40,946 nt of DNA from a virus. Its lineage: Duplodnaviria; Caudoviricetes. The notes beneath the pieces are model-generated. The model searched no databases. It saw only the letters and a program-made list of their open reading frames with translations, and was not told the origin of the DNA. Position 1 is the stretch's first letter. Every line of letters begins with the position of its first letter. Made by a program: the position numbers and the translations under genes. Shown here in pieces: positions 23,695-32,851 of this stretch. Location of the stretch: positions 1 to 40,946 of IMG/VR virus record IMGVR_UViG_3300043485_000015; one strand, written 5' to 3'.

Positions 23695-23907
23695 TCAGCC
23701 GTTGGCGATTGCCTTGACTTCCACGAGCAGCGTCCCGGCATCCAGACCGGGCGGCACACGAGACAGAAACGCCGCGACGATGCTTGCCGCCGCCCTATCT
23801 CCCTGTGCCTCCGAGGCATAGTCGTCCGCGAGAACCCCACGCTGCCAGTGCGCCTCGCGTAGTGCGTCGCCAATGGCGCCGCGGACGGTTAGATCACGCT
23901 TTTCCAC
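23695..23907 (-). CDS. Hypothetical protein
   Basis: GTG start after GAGGAG (VEKRDLTVRGAIGDAL...). Confidence 0.55.
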   Translation of the reverse strand: MEKRDLTVRGAIGDALREAHWQRGVLADDYASEAQGDRAAASIVAAFLSRVPPGLDAGTLLVEVKAIANG

Positions 23908-23927
23908 GGGCGTTCTCCTCGGCGGGA

Positions 23928-24182
23928 TCAGCCATCGGACAGCGCCTTCAGCTCCGCTTCCAGTTCCGCTCGGCGCGCTGCTTTCTGTATTGCCTGGATA
24001 TGCTCCATTTGTAGCGTGTGCCCATCCCAAGTCAGCGAGATCATGTCGCCGCCACGCGACACCAGACCGGCGGCGATGGCAGCTTTCAGGAGAACGCGAT
24101 CGTGCGGCAGATTCCGCATTTGCCACCAGCGGCAGAACGTGGCGGGATCTAGGATCGATGCCTTGGATTTAGCCTTTGCCAC
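23928..24182 (-). CDS. Hypothetical protein
   Basis: 84 aa; AGGAG RBS. Confidence 0.55.
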   Translation of the reverse strand: MAKAKSKASILDPATFCRWWQMRNLPHDRVLLKAAIAAGLVSRGGDMISLTWDGHTLQMEHIQAIQKAARRAELEAELKALSDG

Positions 24183-24654
24183 GGGCGGTCTCCTGCTTCA
24201 ATGCCGCGCGCACGGCCAGCAGTATCCATTGCGATATACTCCGCTGGTCAGCCGCCGCCAGGCGTTCGATCGCGGCCTTGGTGTCAGCGTCCACGCGCAT
24301 GAGGAGAACGTGATCCTTGAGTGGCCCAACCCGATTTGCGTAAGGAAGTCTGCTCCGCTGGAATGGATCCCCGTTGGATATTCTATTAATAGATTCCGTA
24401 ATTGCTGATATGGCAGCCTTTGAATCTATATCAAACCACTCACCTGAAGTTCGCTTACTTAATAGAATTTTGTGCGCCTCGGATTCTACGTCCATAGCAT
24501 CGCTTCGCTTAGGCGTCGCCCAGACTAGCGAAACTTCTGACTGTCGTTCAGTTTTTACTGACACCATGCGAGCCGGGATAAAGTTTGATACACCTATTTT
24601 TATAAATCCGGATTTATCCATCATTACATACACATGGCGCGGTTCTTTCTTCAT
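24169..24654 (-). CDS. GIY-YIG-like (T5orf172) domain fused to a C-terminal ribbon-helix-helix
   Basis: VYVM...IKIGVS...VESEAH...GEWF, then LLMRVDADTKAAIERLAAADQRSISQWILLAV. Confidence 0.8.
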   Translation of the reverse strand: MKKEPRHVYVMMDKSGFIKIGVSNFIPARMVSVKTERQSEVSLVWATPKRSDAMDVESEAHKILLSKRTSGEWFDIDSKAAISAITESINRISNGDPFQRSRLPYANRVGPLKDHVLLMRVDADTKAAIERLAAADQRSISQWILLAVRAALKQETARGKG

Positions 24655-24842
24655 TTATTCCCCGCTGGCTTTGTCTTGCTGTCTTTGGATAATGGCGGCA
24701 AACGCCCCTCGCGCCGCAGCCAGTCCACAACGGCCTTACGTGCGGTAAAAGATATTGACCACTCGCCGGCGGCTGCCGCCTGCGCCAGCGCCTCCAGCTC
24801 ACTTGGTTCAAGCCGAAATCCTATAGGTTCTGTTTTTGCCAT
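24651..24842 (-). CDS. Arc/CopG-like ribbon-helix-helix regulator
   Basis: PIGFRLEPSELEALAQAAAAGEWSISFTARKAVVDWL. Confidence 0.75.
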   Translation of the reverse strand: MAKTEPIGFRLEPSELEALAQAAAAGEWSISFTARKAVVDWLRREGRLPPLSKDSKTKPAGNK

Positions 24843-24848
24843 ACAGAC

Positions 24849-24923
24849 ACCTTAGGGTATGCCGTTAGCAATGTCAACATTCGGCACATTGTTGTTGACA
24901 TGCCGCGCGGGCGAGGGTAGGTT
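24849..24923. promoter_or_regulatory. Back-to-back divergent sigma70 promoters
   Basis: Minus strand TTGACA(24877)-N17-TAAGGT; plus strand TTGACA(24895)-N17-TAGGTT; inverted repeat ATGTCAACA/TGTTGACAT. Confidence 0.75.
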
Positions 24924-24956
24924 TGGGGCATCGAAACGAACACAGGACACACGGAC

Positions 24957-25229
24957 ATGAGCGCTACATATGAAGATTGGGGCCACGCTCCCGCATATAC
25001 CCCGGCGAACTCCCCGAAAACGATCGAGCAACTCGATATTCTGAGCCGCCTTGCGCTTCAGGACCTTGCAGGTGCCCGGTGGAACGCTGACAGCGATTTC
25101 ACCACCGATGAACACATGGTTTTGGCTGATCTGATCCGGCTTGGACTGGTGAAGCGCAACGCGGAAGCCTCCGCCTATGGCCTGACGCCCGCCGGGTTCT
25201 GGGCACCCGACAGTCTGACCGCCGCCTAA
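24957..25229 (+). CDS. Hypothetical protein (possible winged helix)
   Basis: LADLIRLGLVKR...YGLTPAG; AGGA RBS; directly after the plus-strand promoter. Confidence 0.65.
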   Translation: MSATYEDWGHAPAYTPANSPKTIEQLDILSRLALQDLAGARWNADSDFTTDEHMVLADLIRLGLVKRNAEASAYGLTPAGFWAPDSLTAA

Positions 25230-25255
25230 CCCCCCGCCAGCAAGGACACGCCCCG

Positions 25256-25453
25256 ATGCACCCCAAACCCACCTGGGAGCCGCTGACGCTGTGCTGCGGG
25301 GCGTGCAAGCACGAATGGGACGACTGGCAGCCACTTCATGTACCGGCGGAGACATGGATCGCGCATGTAAACACGCTGCGCTGTCCGGAGTGCGCCAAAC
25401 GCAAGCTGTTCATGCGGGCAAGCCCCACCGCAACCGATGTCACAAATCTGTGA
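25256..25453 (+). CDS. Zinc-ribbon small protein
   Basis: CGAC...CPEC; AAGGA RBS. Confidence 0.65.
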   Translation: MHPKPTWEPLTLCCGACKHEWDDWQPLHVPAETWIAHVNTLRCPECAKRKLFMRASPTATDVTNL

Positions 25454-25487
25454 TGACATTGCCTCCACATTCGTATATGTCCCGCCC

Positions 25488-25973
25488 ATGGACAGCCACC
25501 GCGCACTCTGGGCCGCCGTAGTCTTGCAGGCGCGCGATGATGTTGCGGTCGAGCCGGTTGATTCGGTGTTCTACAATCAGGCCGTGGGGTTCTTCCGCGA
25601 TCCCGGCGAATGGCGGCTGTCGCGCGAGGCCATCGCGGATTTTCTGGCCATCCACGTTGACGACATCGAACGCCTCGGCCGGCTTACGATCGCCGCGCGT
25701 CGGGCGGCCGATGGGTTGCCGGAACAGGCGCCGGTAGAGTCCAAACCACCCGCCGCACCAAAGGTTGCACCAAAGTCCACACCGCCCGCCGTTCCCGCGC
25801 CGTGGCCCCGCCTGGTGGCTGTCCCCGCGCCGACGCCAGCGAACGACAACAAACGCCCGGGCGGTCGCAGGATGAAGCTGAACTACAACCCCTTCGACCC
25901 GCTCGCCAAGCTGTTGCGCGATATTCAGCAGGAAGCCGACGTGCCGCTGATCGGCGTCAAACTCCGGACATAA
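25488..25973 (+). CDS. Conserved phage protein (LWxAVxxQAxxD family) with Pro-rich tail
   Basis: MDSHRALWAAVVLQARDD... Confidence 0.65.
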   Translation: MDSHRALWAAVVLQARDDVAVEPVDSVFYNQAVGFFRDPGEWRLSREAIADFLAIHVDDIERLGRLTIAARRAADGLPEQAPVESKPPAAPKVAPKSTPPAVPAPWPRLVAVPAPTPANDNKRPGGRRMKLNYNPFDPLAKLLRDIQQEADVPLIGVKLRT

Positions 25974-26004
25974 AAAAAGCCCCCCGGCGACGTGCCAGGG
26001 GAGT
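25972..26004 (-). terminator. Rho-independent terminator ending the late/lysis transcript
   Basis: Minus strand CTCCCCTGGC-acgtc-GCCGGGGGGC stem followed by T7. Confidence 0.75.
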
Positions 26005-26060
26005 TTGAAGGGGAAAACGTCTCCCGTCATGTGTGCGCGCGCGAATCCGTGAACGCCTAG

Positions 26061-26489
26061 CTAAATCGAGACGGCCGGCGGAACCGCGGCCGCGACAACA
26101 ACCGCCGGCGCCGGTGGCGTTGTGTCCACCGCGCCGACGATCATCTCAATCGCCGCCTCCAAACTCGTCCCCTGGGAGGCCGCCGCATCGGGTACACGCC
26201 GCAAGGCATCGGCCGCGATCGAATTGATGATCGCGTTCCCAGGCCTCACATCCGACACGCGCATTGATCCCTGATCGAGCCGGGTCTTCAGGATGCCGGC
26301 CGCCGTGGCGATGCTGCCCATAATGGCCATCCGTTCCTGTGCCGTCACCTCAACGCCTGTGCGGGTTTCGAACGCGGTTATCAGCCGTGGTACGTATTTC
26401 CCCGCCAGCACCATCACGACCAACAATGCCACGTTCAACAGCGCATGAAACAGCGCGGCAATGTCGGCGGCGGTGATGAAATTGCTCAT
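26061..26489 (-). CDS. Holin-like single-TM protein
   Basis: N-terminal TM segment (ALLNVALLVVMVLAG); ATGA-coupled to the lysozyme. Confidence 0.6.
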   Translation of the reverse strand: MSNFITAADIAALFHALLNVALLVVMVLAGKYVPRLITAFETRTGVEVTAQERMAIMGSIATAAGILKTRLDQGSMRVSDVRPGNAIINSIAADALRRVPDAAASQGTSLEAAIEMIVGAVDTTPPAPAVVVAAAVPPAVSI

Positions 26490-26929
26490 GCCGTCACCGG
26501 CGGCGGGTCGATCAAAAGCCGGTCCACGACGCGCGGGCCCCTGTCCCGTACCTGCACATACCAGTCCGAATCCCGGAGTTCCGCCGCCGCCTCCAGCCAG
26601 TCGTGCGCGCGCATCGCGGCCAGGAAATGCACGAACTTGCTCATCGTGCCCCAGCCGGCGAAGCACAAATTCACCATCACCCGCTGTTTGCTGGGCGGCA
26701 GGGTGCGCCACCACGGAATGTGCGTGTCCATCTGTGCGCAGCAGTCGGCAACGTCGTTGTGGAACAGCAGGTCAATTTCGTCATCTGACAGTCCACGGCC
26801 GGTCAGATTGCGGCCCACGCCAACGCTGAGATACCCGCGCGTATCGGTGTATGGAAACCGCTTCCGCCCCTCGTCCTGGGTCAGCTCCGCCGTGAGCCTG
26901 GCCAGCCCAAACGTGTCGTTGATAGGCAT
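26486..26929 (-). CDS. Endolysin, GH24/T4-like lysozyme
   Basis: DEG..FPYTDTRGYLSVGVGRNL...DSDWYVQV. Confidence 0.9.
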   Translation of the reverse strand: MPINDTFGLARLTAELTQDEGRKRFPYTDTRGYLSVGVGRNLTGRGLSDDEIDLLFHNDVADCCAQMDTHIPWWRTLPPSKQRVMVNLCFAGWGTMSKFVHFLAAMRAHDWLEAAAELRDSDWYVQVRDRGPRVVDRLLIDPPPVTA

Positions 26930-26944
26930 GGGGCACCACTTTCG

Positions 26945-27005
26945 TTGACAAATCGAACATTTATGCTATGAGGGTGGGGCGGCGTAGCTACAACTGCGCC
27001 GCCCC
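26945..27005 (+). promoter_or_regulatory. Moron promoter and 5' hairpin
   Basis: TTGACA-N16-(TG)TATGAG; stem GGGGCGGCGTAG/CTGCGCCGCCCC at 26976-27005. Confidence 0.6.
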
Positions 27006-27034
27006 CGTCACCGAGCAGGAAGGACACGCTCAAG

Positions 27035-27079
27035 ATGACCGTTCGCACATTAGAACATTTTGCCCGGCCGGTGAAGTGA
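27035..27079 (+). CDS. 14-aa leader peptide MTVRTLEHFARPVK
   Basis: AGGAAGGA RBS at 27017; its stop lies 1 nt before the next ATG. Confidence 0.45.
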   Translation: MTVRTLEHFARPVK

Positions 27080-27080
27080 T

Positions 27081-27344
27081 ATGCTGTTCCTGATCGGCAT
27101 CGCCCTGGCCGTCCCGCTGCTTTACTTCTGGCTGATCGGCCACTGGTTCACGCGCGTTCTGGTGTTCCTGATCTTTGCCTGCGTCTTTGGATTTACCGCG
27201 TTCCTGACCGCGCAAGGCGGCAACCACGAAAGCCCCGGCGGTGCCTTCGTTGCCGTCGTGCTGTCATGGCCGATCAGTGGCATCCCGCTCTATGTGCGCC
27301 GCTACAAGGCACGCAGCACGTCGATGGAAATGGCGCTGCGCTAG
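27081..27344 (+). CDS. Three-TM membrane protein (moron; superinfection exclusion or toxin?)
   Basis: Three hydrophobic segments; opposite strand, between the ejection and lysis genes. Confidence 0.75.
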   Translation: MLFLIGIALAVPLLYFWLIGHWFTRVLVFLIFACVFGFTAFLTAQGGNHESPGGAFVAVVLSWPISGIPLYVRRYKARSTSMEMALR

Positions 27345-29371
27345 TTGGGGCCGGATAATGCGCGGACGCCCTTGTTATCGATGTTCAGCATCCGGTCGCG
27401 CAAAGCCTCCATCAGCATCTGACGGCCCGCCTCGGATCGCGCGGCGGCACTGGCGGCACTTCGATCAGCATAGTATTTCGCGCCGGCCCCTAGCGCATTG
27501 CCAACCAGCATTCCAGCCACGCCGCTATGTCCCGCCGCGAGGTCGATGCCGCCGCCAACAACGCCACCAGCCAGCGCGTTGCCTACGCTTCCGGCCAAAC
27601 TGCCGACCCGCGTATTCGTCGCAAGGTTCTGGAAGGTATTGCTGCCCAGCGCCTTGCCGGCGGTGGCGGTTAGCTGCTCACGCTGCATCTGGTCATGCAG
27701 GCGCCGGATCGTTTCCACGGTTTCCGGCTTCACGCTATCGGCCGGGTGGAACTTGTCGCCGGCCTGTTTCTTGGCGATGTCGTCCAGCATGGAGCGCATG
27801 TTGCCCAACGTCGGATTGCCTTGCAGATCGGTCAGCTTGCGGCCTTGCAGATAGGTCATCTCGTCAATGCGGCGGGACTGCCGGGAGAATTCGGCCTGTG
27901 CGGCATCGAAGCCCGGCGCGGCGTCACTGATTGCCGGCATGATGGACTCCTTGACCATGCCCAGCACGCGCCGCGTTTCCCGGTCCGCCTTGCCCTCGGT
28001 GCCAAGCCGTTGCAGCGTGGCGTCGATGTTGTCGGCAATGCCCTTTAGCTGTTGCGGGTCGGTCTCGCCTTGCAGCTTTTTGAGAATGCCAGGCAGTTCG
28101 CCCATCACCGTGTCATTCTGTTTGGCCGGCGACTTCATGAAGTCCTGGACCGTCTGGATCGGCCCCGATGGATCGGCCTTGCCTTTGTTCGCCCAAGCCC
28201 GATCGTAAAGCGGCTTGACGGTCTCCGCCCTGGTCTCTTTCGCATGGGCCAGATCGTCCGCTGTCCCGGACGCCTCTTTCAGTGTTCCCATCGCCTTGGT
28301 CTTGGACGCGGTTTCCAGCGTTGTGAACGGAACCGGCGTGTCGGAATCCCGCACCGCGCGATAGAGCGTCGCCAGCCCCGAGTTGCCGGTGATCGTCGGC
28401 AACGCGCCCTCGGCGCCGGGGATCGGTGTTTTGTTGCCGATGCTGGCGAAGTGCCGGACAATCTCATCCGCCCGCGCCTCGGCATCCTCCGGGCTTCGTA
28501 TCGGCCGGTCGTTTGGCGGCAATGCCTCGGGAATGTTCTTGAATTCCGCGACCTGTTCCGGCGTCAACCCGTTCGGGATTGGCTGGTTCGATGGCGGCGG
28601 CGCGGGTTCTGGTGTCGCCTTGGCCGCCAGCCGGTTCTCGGGCAGCCCACCGTTGTTGGCCGCGATCTCGGCGTCGTCATGCCGGATCAGTTGGGTGATC
28701 CGATCCAACGGGTTCGCGCCCGGCGTCGGCGGCGGCGCATAAATCTCCGATATGAAGCGTGGCGGCGTGTCTCGCATCAGCGCGGCGCCAGACCCGGCGT
28801 TTCTCGCGGCAAGCTGGTTGACTTCCGCCATCGGCAAGCGTGGCCCCTGACCCATGAACGGCATTGCCAGCGGCACGCCTTGGCCAAAATCGCGGCCGGT
28901 GCCTGGCACAATCGCATCCATCGCCTGAGACCCGAAGTTCAACGCCCCCGAAGTCGCTCCGCCGACCGCGCCGGACAGCATGTTGAGGCCACGCGGAATG
29001 AACCCCAGCCCGGCCCGATCCGCCAGCGCCACGCCCGGCGGGGCAACCAATGCGCTATTCTCATAGCCTTCCCTGGCCGCCTGTCCGACCTGGGCGGTAT
29101 CCATCTCCCGCGGACGCGAGAAAAACGGCAGGTTCACCGCGTTTCCCGGCGGCTGGCTGGCCGATGGCGTCGGCGGTCCCGGTGTCATCAGGTCGCCAAT
29201 GCGCCGGGTTTCAGCGGTTTCCGGGGCGAAGGCCGCTACCGCTTGTGTCCGGCCGGGCTTGCTCGCCAGCAGCTTCTCCAGAATGGCCTCGCCCGCCTGC
29301 GTGTCCGGTGCCGCGCCCGGCTTATCGCCCAGCAGCCTCGCCAGAATGTCCTCGCCTGATAATTCGCTCAT
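27341..29371 (-). CDS. DNA ejection protein (P22 gp16 position)
   Basis: 676 aa, helical, GSNTFQNL motif; third of three large genes after the GNAT. Confidence 0.7.
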   Translation of the reverse strand: MSELSGEDILARLLGDKPGAAPDTQAGEAILEKLLASKPGRTQAVAAFAPETAETRRIGDLMTPGPPTPSASQPPGNAVNLPFFSRPREMDTAQVGQAAREGYENSALVAPPGVALADRAGLGFIPRGLNMLSGAVGGATSGALNFGSQAMDAIVPGTGRDFGQGVPLAMPFMGQGPRLPMAEVNQLAARNAGSGAALMRDTPPRFISEIYAPPPTPGANPLDRITQLIRHDDAEIAANNGGLPENRLAAKATPEPAPPPSNQPIPNGLTPEQVAEFKNIPEALPPNDRPIRSPEDAEARADEIVRHFASIGNKTPIPGAEGALPTITGNSGLATLYRAVRDSDTPVPFTTLETASKTKAMGTLKEASGTADDLAHAKETRAETVKPLYDRAWANKGKADPSGPIQTVQDFMKSPAKQNDTVMGELPGILKKLQGETDPQQLKGIADNIDATLQRLGTEGKADRETRRVLGMVKESIMPAISDAAPGFDAAQAEFSRQSRRIDEMTYLQGRKLTDLQGNPTLGNMRSMLDDIAKKQAGDKFHPADSVKPETVETIRRLHDQMQREQLTATAGKALGSNTFQNLATNTRVGSLAGSVGNALAGGVVGGGIDLAAGHSGVAGMLVGNALGAGAKYYADRSAASAAARSEAGRQMLMEALRDRMLNIDNKGVRALSGPN

Positions 29372-30906
29372 TTCACGTCAACATGGCCCGCCTTGTGGGC
29401 CACCTCCAGCGACTTCACGAACTTGGCGCGGTCGTTATCGTTCATGTTTCTGACCATGGCGGTGATTTCGTCACTTGACATATATTTCGTGGCGAACGCG
29501 CGCGGATCGTTGTTGCTGGCAAAGTCCTTAACGTGGTCGATGGCTGGCGCACCCCTCGGCATCGTTTTGGTTTGTGCCAGGTCACGCCGCAGGATGCCCA
29601 GATCCTGCACCAGCACATGACGGTTGGCGTTCGGCAACATCTCGTCGGCGTTGGCGTTGCGGTGAAGCTGATCCTCCAGCCCCAGGTTGGTGCCCAGGCT
29701 TTTCGATCCATCCTGAGCGAACCGCAGTAAGTTTTTCACCAGCACCTGACGGTAATCGACCGCGCTCATATCGCCTTGCACGGGCGCAGCAATCCCTTGC
29801 GCCTCGAAAAACGCCTTTGCCTTGGCGACAAGCCCGGTTGATGGTCCGGTCCTGGCTATATCCAGCGCCTGCAACGCGGTTTCGCCGGCAATCAGCCGCT
29901 TTTGCTGGTCCGGCACGGCGGCGGCGGCATCGGTGTAGACCTTGTTTCCGGCGTCGAGTTGCGCGGCCTGTCCCTGCGGCGCCGCCAATGCCACTTGGCG
30001 GGCGGGTGGCGTGGGCTTGCTGTTGGGTGGTCCCTGGGTCTGGCCCGCCATGCCGGGGACGGGAACCGGACTTTCCACCGAACTCGGGCTTTTCTGGCCG
30101 CCGATTAGCGGATTCGGCTCGTTGTCGCCTCGCTGGGGGCCGTCAGTCGGCGTCGTTGCCCCAGGATAGCTACGCGGAACTGGCATATACGATCCCGGCA
30201 GGGCACCGGGGCGGGTGTCGGGCGCGTATTCCGGCGGTGCGGTGAATACGGTGTCCGCCGATGGTCCGGTTTGCACGCCTGATTGTTTCGGATCGTTGAC
30301 CGCGCCCGTTTGCATCTGCTGGGTATAACCACGCAACTTGCCGTCTGGGCCTGTTACGGTTCCCAGCTTCCCATAGCGCAATTCAAGTTGCTGTGCCGTG
30401 CTTGCCGATGCCGTTTGGTGCTGCTCAAACCACGCCTTGCGCCCGGCGGCATCAGGCGGCAGCGTTGCCAACTGCTTTTGCACTTCCGGCATGGTCATCA
30501 TGCCAGATGCCAGCCCGGTATGAAAAATCTTCATCACCCCGGCATCGCTGTAATCGCCCGCCTGGATAGCCGCGCCGGACACGCTGTTGACCCAATCCAG
30601 TTTCTTTGTCGCCTGGGCAAGCTGCTCGGTGGTCAGCCGTGTGGACTGGTCGATCGCTTCCGGCGCCGCCTGGGCCGCCGCTGGTGATCCCGCCAGCAGC
30701 TTATTGAATTGCGCCGGATCGAACTGCCCGGTTGCTGGGTCGATTGCCTGCTGCATAAGCTGTCCGCGCGCCGTGTTGGCCTGAAACAGCCGGTTGCGGT
30801 TGATTTGCCCGGCGATCTCCTGCCCCTGGCCGTAAGACTGAGCGAAATTCGGCGACATCACCGTCGGGTTGGCGATTTGGTCAAGCAGCGCGTTTGAGCC
30901 GGACAT
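29368..30906 (-). CDS. DNA ejection protein (P22 gp20 position)
   Basis: 512 aa, Gln/Ala/Pro-rich; synteny. Confidence 0.7.
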   Translation of the reverse strand: MSGSNALLDQIANPTVMSPNFAQSYGQGQEIAGQINRNRLFQANTARGQLMQQAIDPATGQFDPAQFNKLLAGSPAAAQAAPEAIDQSTRLTTEQLAQATKKLDWVNSVSGAAIQAGDYSDAGVMKIFHTGLASGMMTMPEVQKQLATLPPDAAGRKAWFEQHQTASASTAQQLELRYGKLGTVTGPDGKLRGYTQQMQTGAVNDPKQSGVQTGPSADTVFTAPPEYAPDTRPGALPGSYMPVPRSYPGATTPTDGPQRGDNEPNPLIGGQKSPSSVESPVPVPGMAGQTQGPPNSKPTPPARQVALAAPQGQAAQLDAGNKVYTDAAAAVPDQQKRLIAGETALQALDIARTGPSTGLVAKAKAFFEAQGIAAPVQGDMSAVDYRQVLVKNLLRFAQDGSKSLGTNLGLEDQLHRNANADEMLPNANRHVLVQDLGILRRDLAQTKTMPRGAPAIDHVKDFASNNDPRAFATKYMSSDEITAMVRNMNDNDRAKFVKSLEVAHKAGHVDVK

Positions 30907-30917
30907 GAATTGGAATC

Positions 30918-31742
30918 CTAAACTGGCTGTTGCGATGCCCGGACCAGCGCCGCATCGACGTTAGAGCTTATACCGGACCCGCTGCCCGTGCCGTTCTGGA
31001 TGCCCTGATACTGGAGATAGTTTTGCACGGCGCTGTTGGCATTGCCGCCGATCGCCCTGCCGACGCCGTTGATCCCTGCCGCCGTGTCGTTGCCGGACGC
31101 AATTAGGGCATTTCCCGCCTGGTTGGTCAGTTCGGCGCCGACCTGCCCCGTCGTGGCCGCCGCGTTCTCGCCTCGTTTGGCGATGTCGGAGACCATGTTG
31201 TAGGAATTCGTGAGGTTGCCCTGCTTGGCGGTGTTGACGCCGAGCGACTTTTCCCCGGACGTAATCAGCTTGTTGAACTGCGACGTGTATGTGCTGTCCG
31301 CCAGCCCCGTGGCAAACGCGGCCGCGCCCTTCATGGCCGCCCCGCTGACACCCAAACCCTTGGCGGCGGCACTGTTCTGCGTCGCCCGCAACCCATTCTG
31401 TAGCGCGAACTGATACCCCGGTGTCGCCTCCAGCGCCTTTTGCTGATCCGGCCCGGAACCAAGCCTTGCCGCCTGCCCGAAGTAGTCCCGCGCCTGATTG
31501 ACATCGGAATAATCGGGGTTGCCGTAAACCGGATACAACTGGCTTGCCAGCAGGTTGTTGGCGTACTTGCCGAGGTCGTTGTAGTTCGCCAGGTCGCCGC
31601 GCGTTCGCTCGTTCTGCGCAACATTGAGGTCCGCCGAACGGTTGGCGGACGACGCGGCAGTATCGGCTGCGCTCATGGACGAGTAGGCACCCACCCCGGC
31701 GGAAACCAGGCTTGCGCCCGCGATGGCAATCGCTGCAACCAT
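30918..31742 (-). CDS. DNA ejection/pilot protein (P22 gp7-like)
   Basis: Hydrophobic Ala/Gly N-terminus; TPGYQFALQNG...SAAAKGL..SGA motif. Confidence 0.85.
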   Translation of the reverse strand: MVAAIAIAGASLVSAGVGAYSSMSAADTAASSANRSADLNVAQNERTRGDLANYNDLGKYANNLLASQLYPVYGNPDYSDVNQARDYFGQAARLGSGPDQQKALEATPGYQFALQNGLRATQNSAAAKGLGVSGAAMKGAAAFATGLADSTYTSQFNKLITSGEKSLGVNTAKQGNLTNSYNMVSDIAKRGENAAATTGQVGAELTNQAGNALIASGNDTAAGINGVGRAIGGNANSAVQNYLQYQGIQNGTGSGSGISSNVDAALVRASQQPV

Positions 31743-31745
31743 GAC

Positions 31746-32213
31746 TTAGCTTCCCAACCACATTGAATAGTAGGTTTCCACCGGCCGGAAGCCGGCGATC
31801 TCAAACATGCGGCCAAGCCCCGAACTGCGGCCGATCTTCTCGCCAACAAACCACCGCTTGACGCCGCGCCGCTCCAGTTCCCGCCGCATGGCGCGGATCA
31901 GCCGCATTCCGCCATGCCGCCCGCGCACGCTCGGATGCACGTAAATTATGTCCATCGTGCCGGTCAGACAGCCGCCGTAATGGAGGCCAGGCGCCACAAA
32001 ACACATGAAATACCCGACCACCGCGCCATCCGATCGGAGCGTGACAAGCACCAGCTCGCCCGCCGCGTCACGCGCCGCGTAAACCGGGAATTGTGGCTGT
32101 AAACCCGCTTCCGGCTTATCACGGTCGAGGGCAATTTCGCTCCAGTGCCCGTCATACAGCGGCAGCAAGTCCGGCAGCACGTCGCGATACGGTTCAACCT
32201 GGGCCGTTAGCAC
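31746..32213 (-). CDS. GNAT acetyltransferase (P22 gp14 position)
   Basis: DIIYVHPSVRGRHGGMRL acetyl-CoA-binding motif; MFEIAGF. Confidence 0.85.
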   Translation of the reverse strand: MLTAQVEPYRDVLPDLLPLYDGHWSEIALDRDKPEAGLQPQFPVYAARDAAGELVLVTLRSDGAVVGYFMCFVAPGLHYGGCLTGTMDIIYVHPSVRGRHGGMRLIRAMRRELERRGVKRWFVGEKIGRSSGLGRMFEIAGFRPVETYYSMWLGS

Positions 32214-32842
32214 ACGCGTTGCCGTGCAACAGGCCCCGGTTTGCGCCGATAAACCGTGCTGATTTTCGGCCCGGTCGGTCCGCGTGGGGCATCAATAGGC
32301 AACCCCTTGCGCAAGCGCGTATAGATTGTGCTGAGAGATACTCCGATTTCAGCCGCCCATTCCTCCGCCTTTTGGGTGCGCCCACCAACCGTGAGACAGA
32401 CTGGATTGCTTCGAGGCGGTATCGGACTGAACGCTGCTTCAACGGTCCATCCCCGATCCAGTCGGCTCCAAATGGTCCTCATATCAAGAGCCAGACTTTC
32501 ACACCACGCCGACAGACATTTCGTTTCGCCGTTGTATGATACCATCTTGTTCGTCCATCGGTTGCGGGCTTGCTCCGTTTTCGATGCAAACCGGCAGTTT
32601 CCGGGGCCGTAATCAGCGTCATTATCTATCCGCTCGATTGACAGTCCCGGCCTGTAGTCTTGTCCGTCAGCCCATTCAACAAACCGCGCAAAATCGGCCC
32701 ATTCAGCGGAAATCCCGATGCCCCGACCACCATACCGATGAAACGTCTTATATTTTTTGTAACTGCACCGAAAACGTATCCCGCGCCAGATTTGGAACAG
32801 CTTTGGATGTTGTTTTCCAAGCCCATATTTCTCGGTTTTCAT
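32207..32842 (-). CDS. Free-standing HNH-type homing endonuclease
   Basis: IWRGIRFRC...YGGRGI...SIERIDND.DY.PGNCRFA...QARN, plus two C-terminal DNA-binding repeats; lower GC than its neighbours. Confidence 0.85.
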   Translation of the reverse strand: MKTEKYGLGKQHPKLFQIWRGIRFRCSYKKYKTFHRYGGRGIGISAEWADFARFVEWADGQDYRPGLSIERIDNDADYGPGNCRFASKTEQARNRWTNKMVSYNGETKCLSAWCESLALDMRTIWSRLDRGWTVEAAFSPIPPRSNPVCLTVGGRTQKAEEWAAEIGVSLSTIYTRLRKGLPIDAPRGPTGPKISTVYRRKPGPVARQRVC

Positions 32843-32851
32843 GAGCAGACA

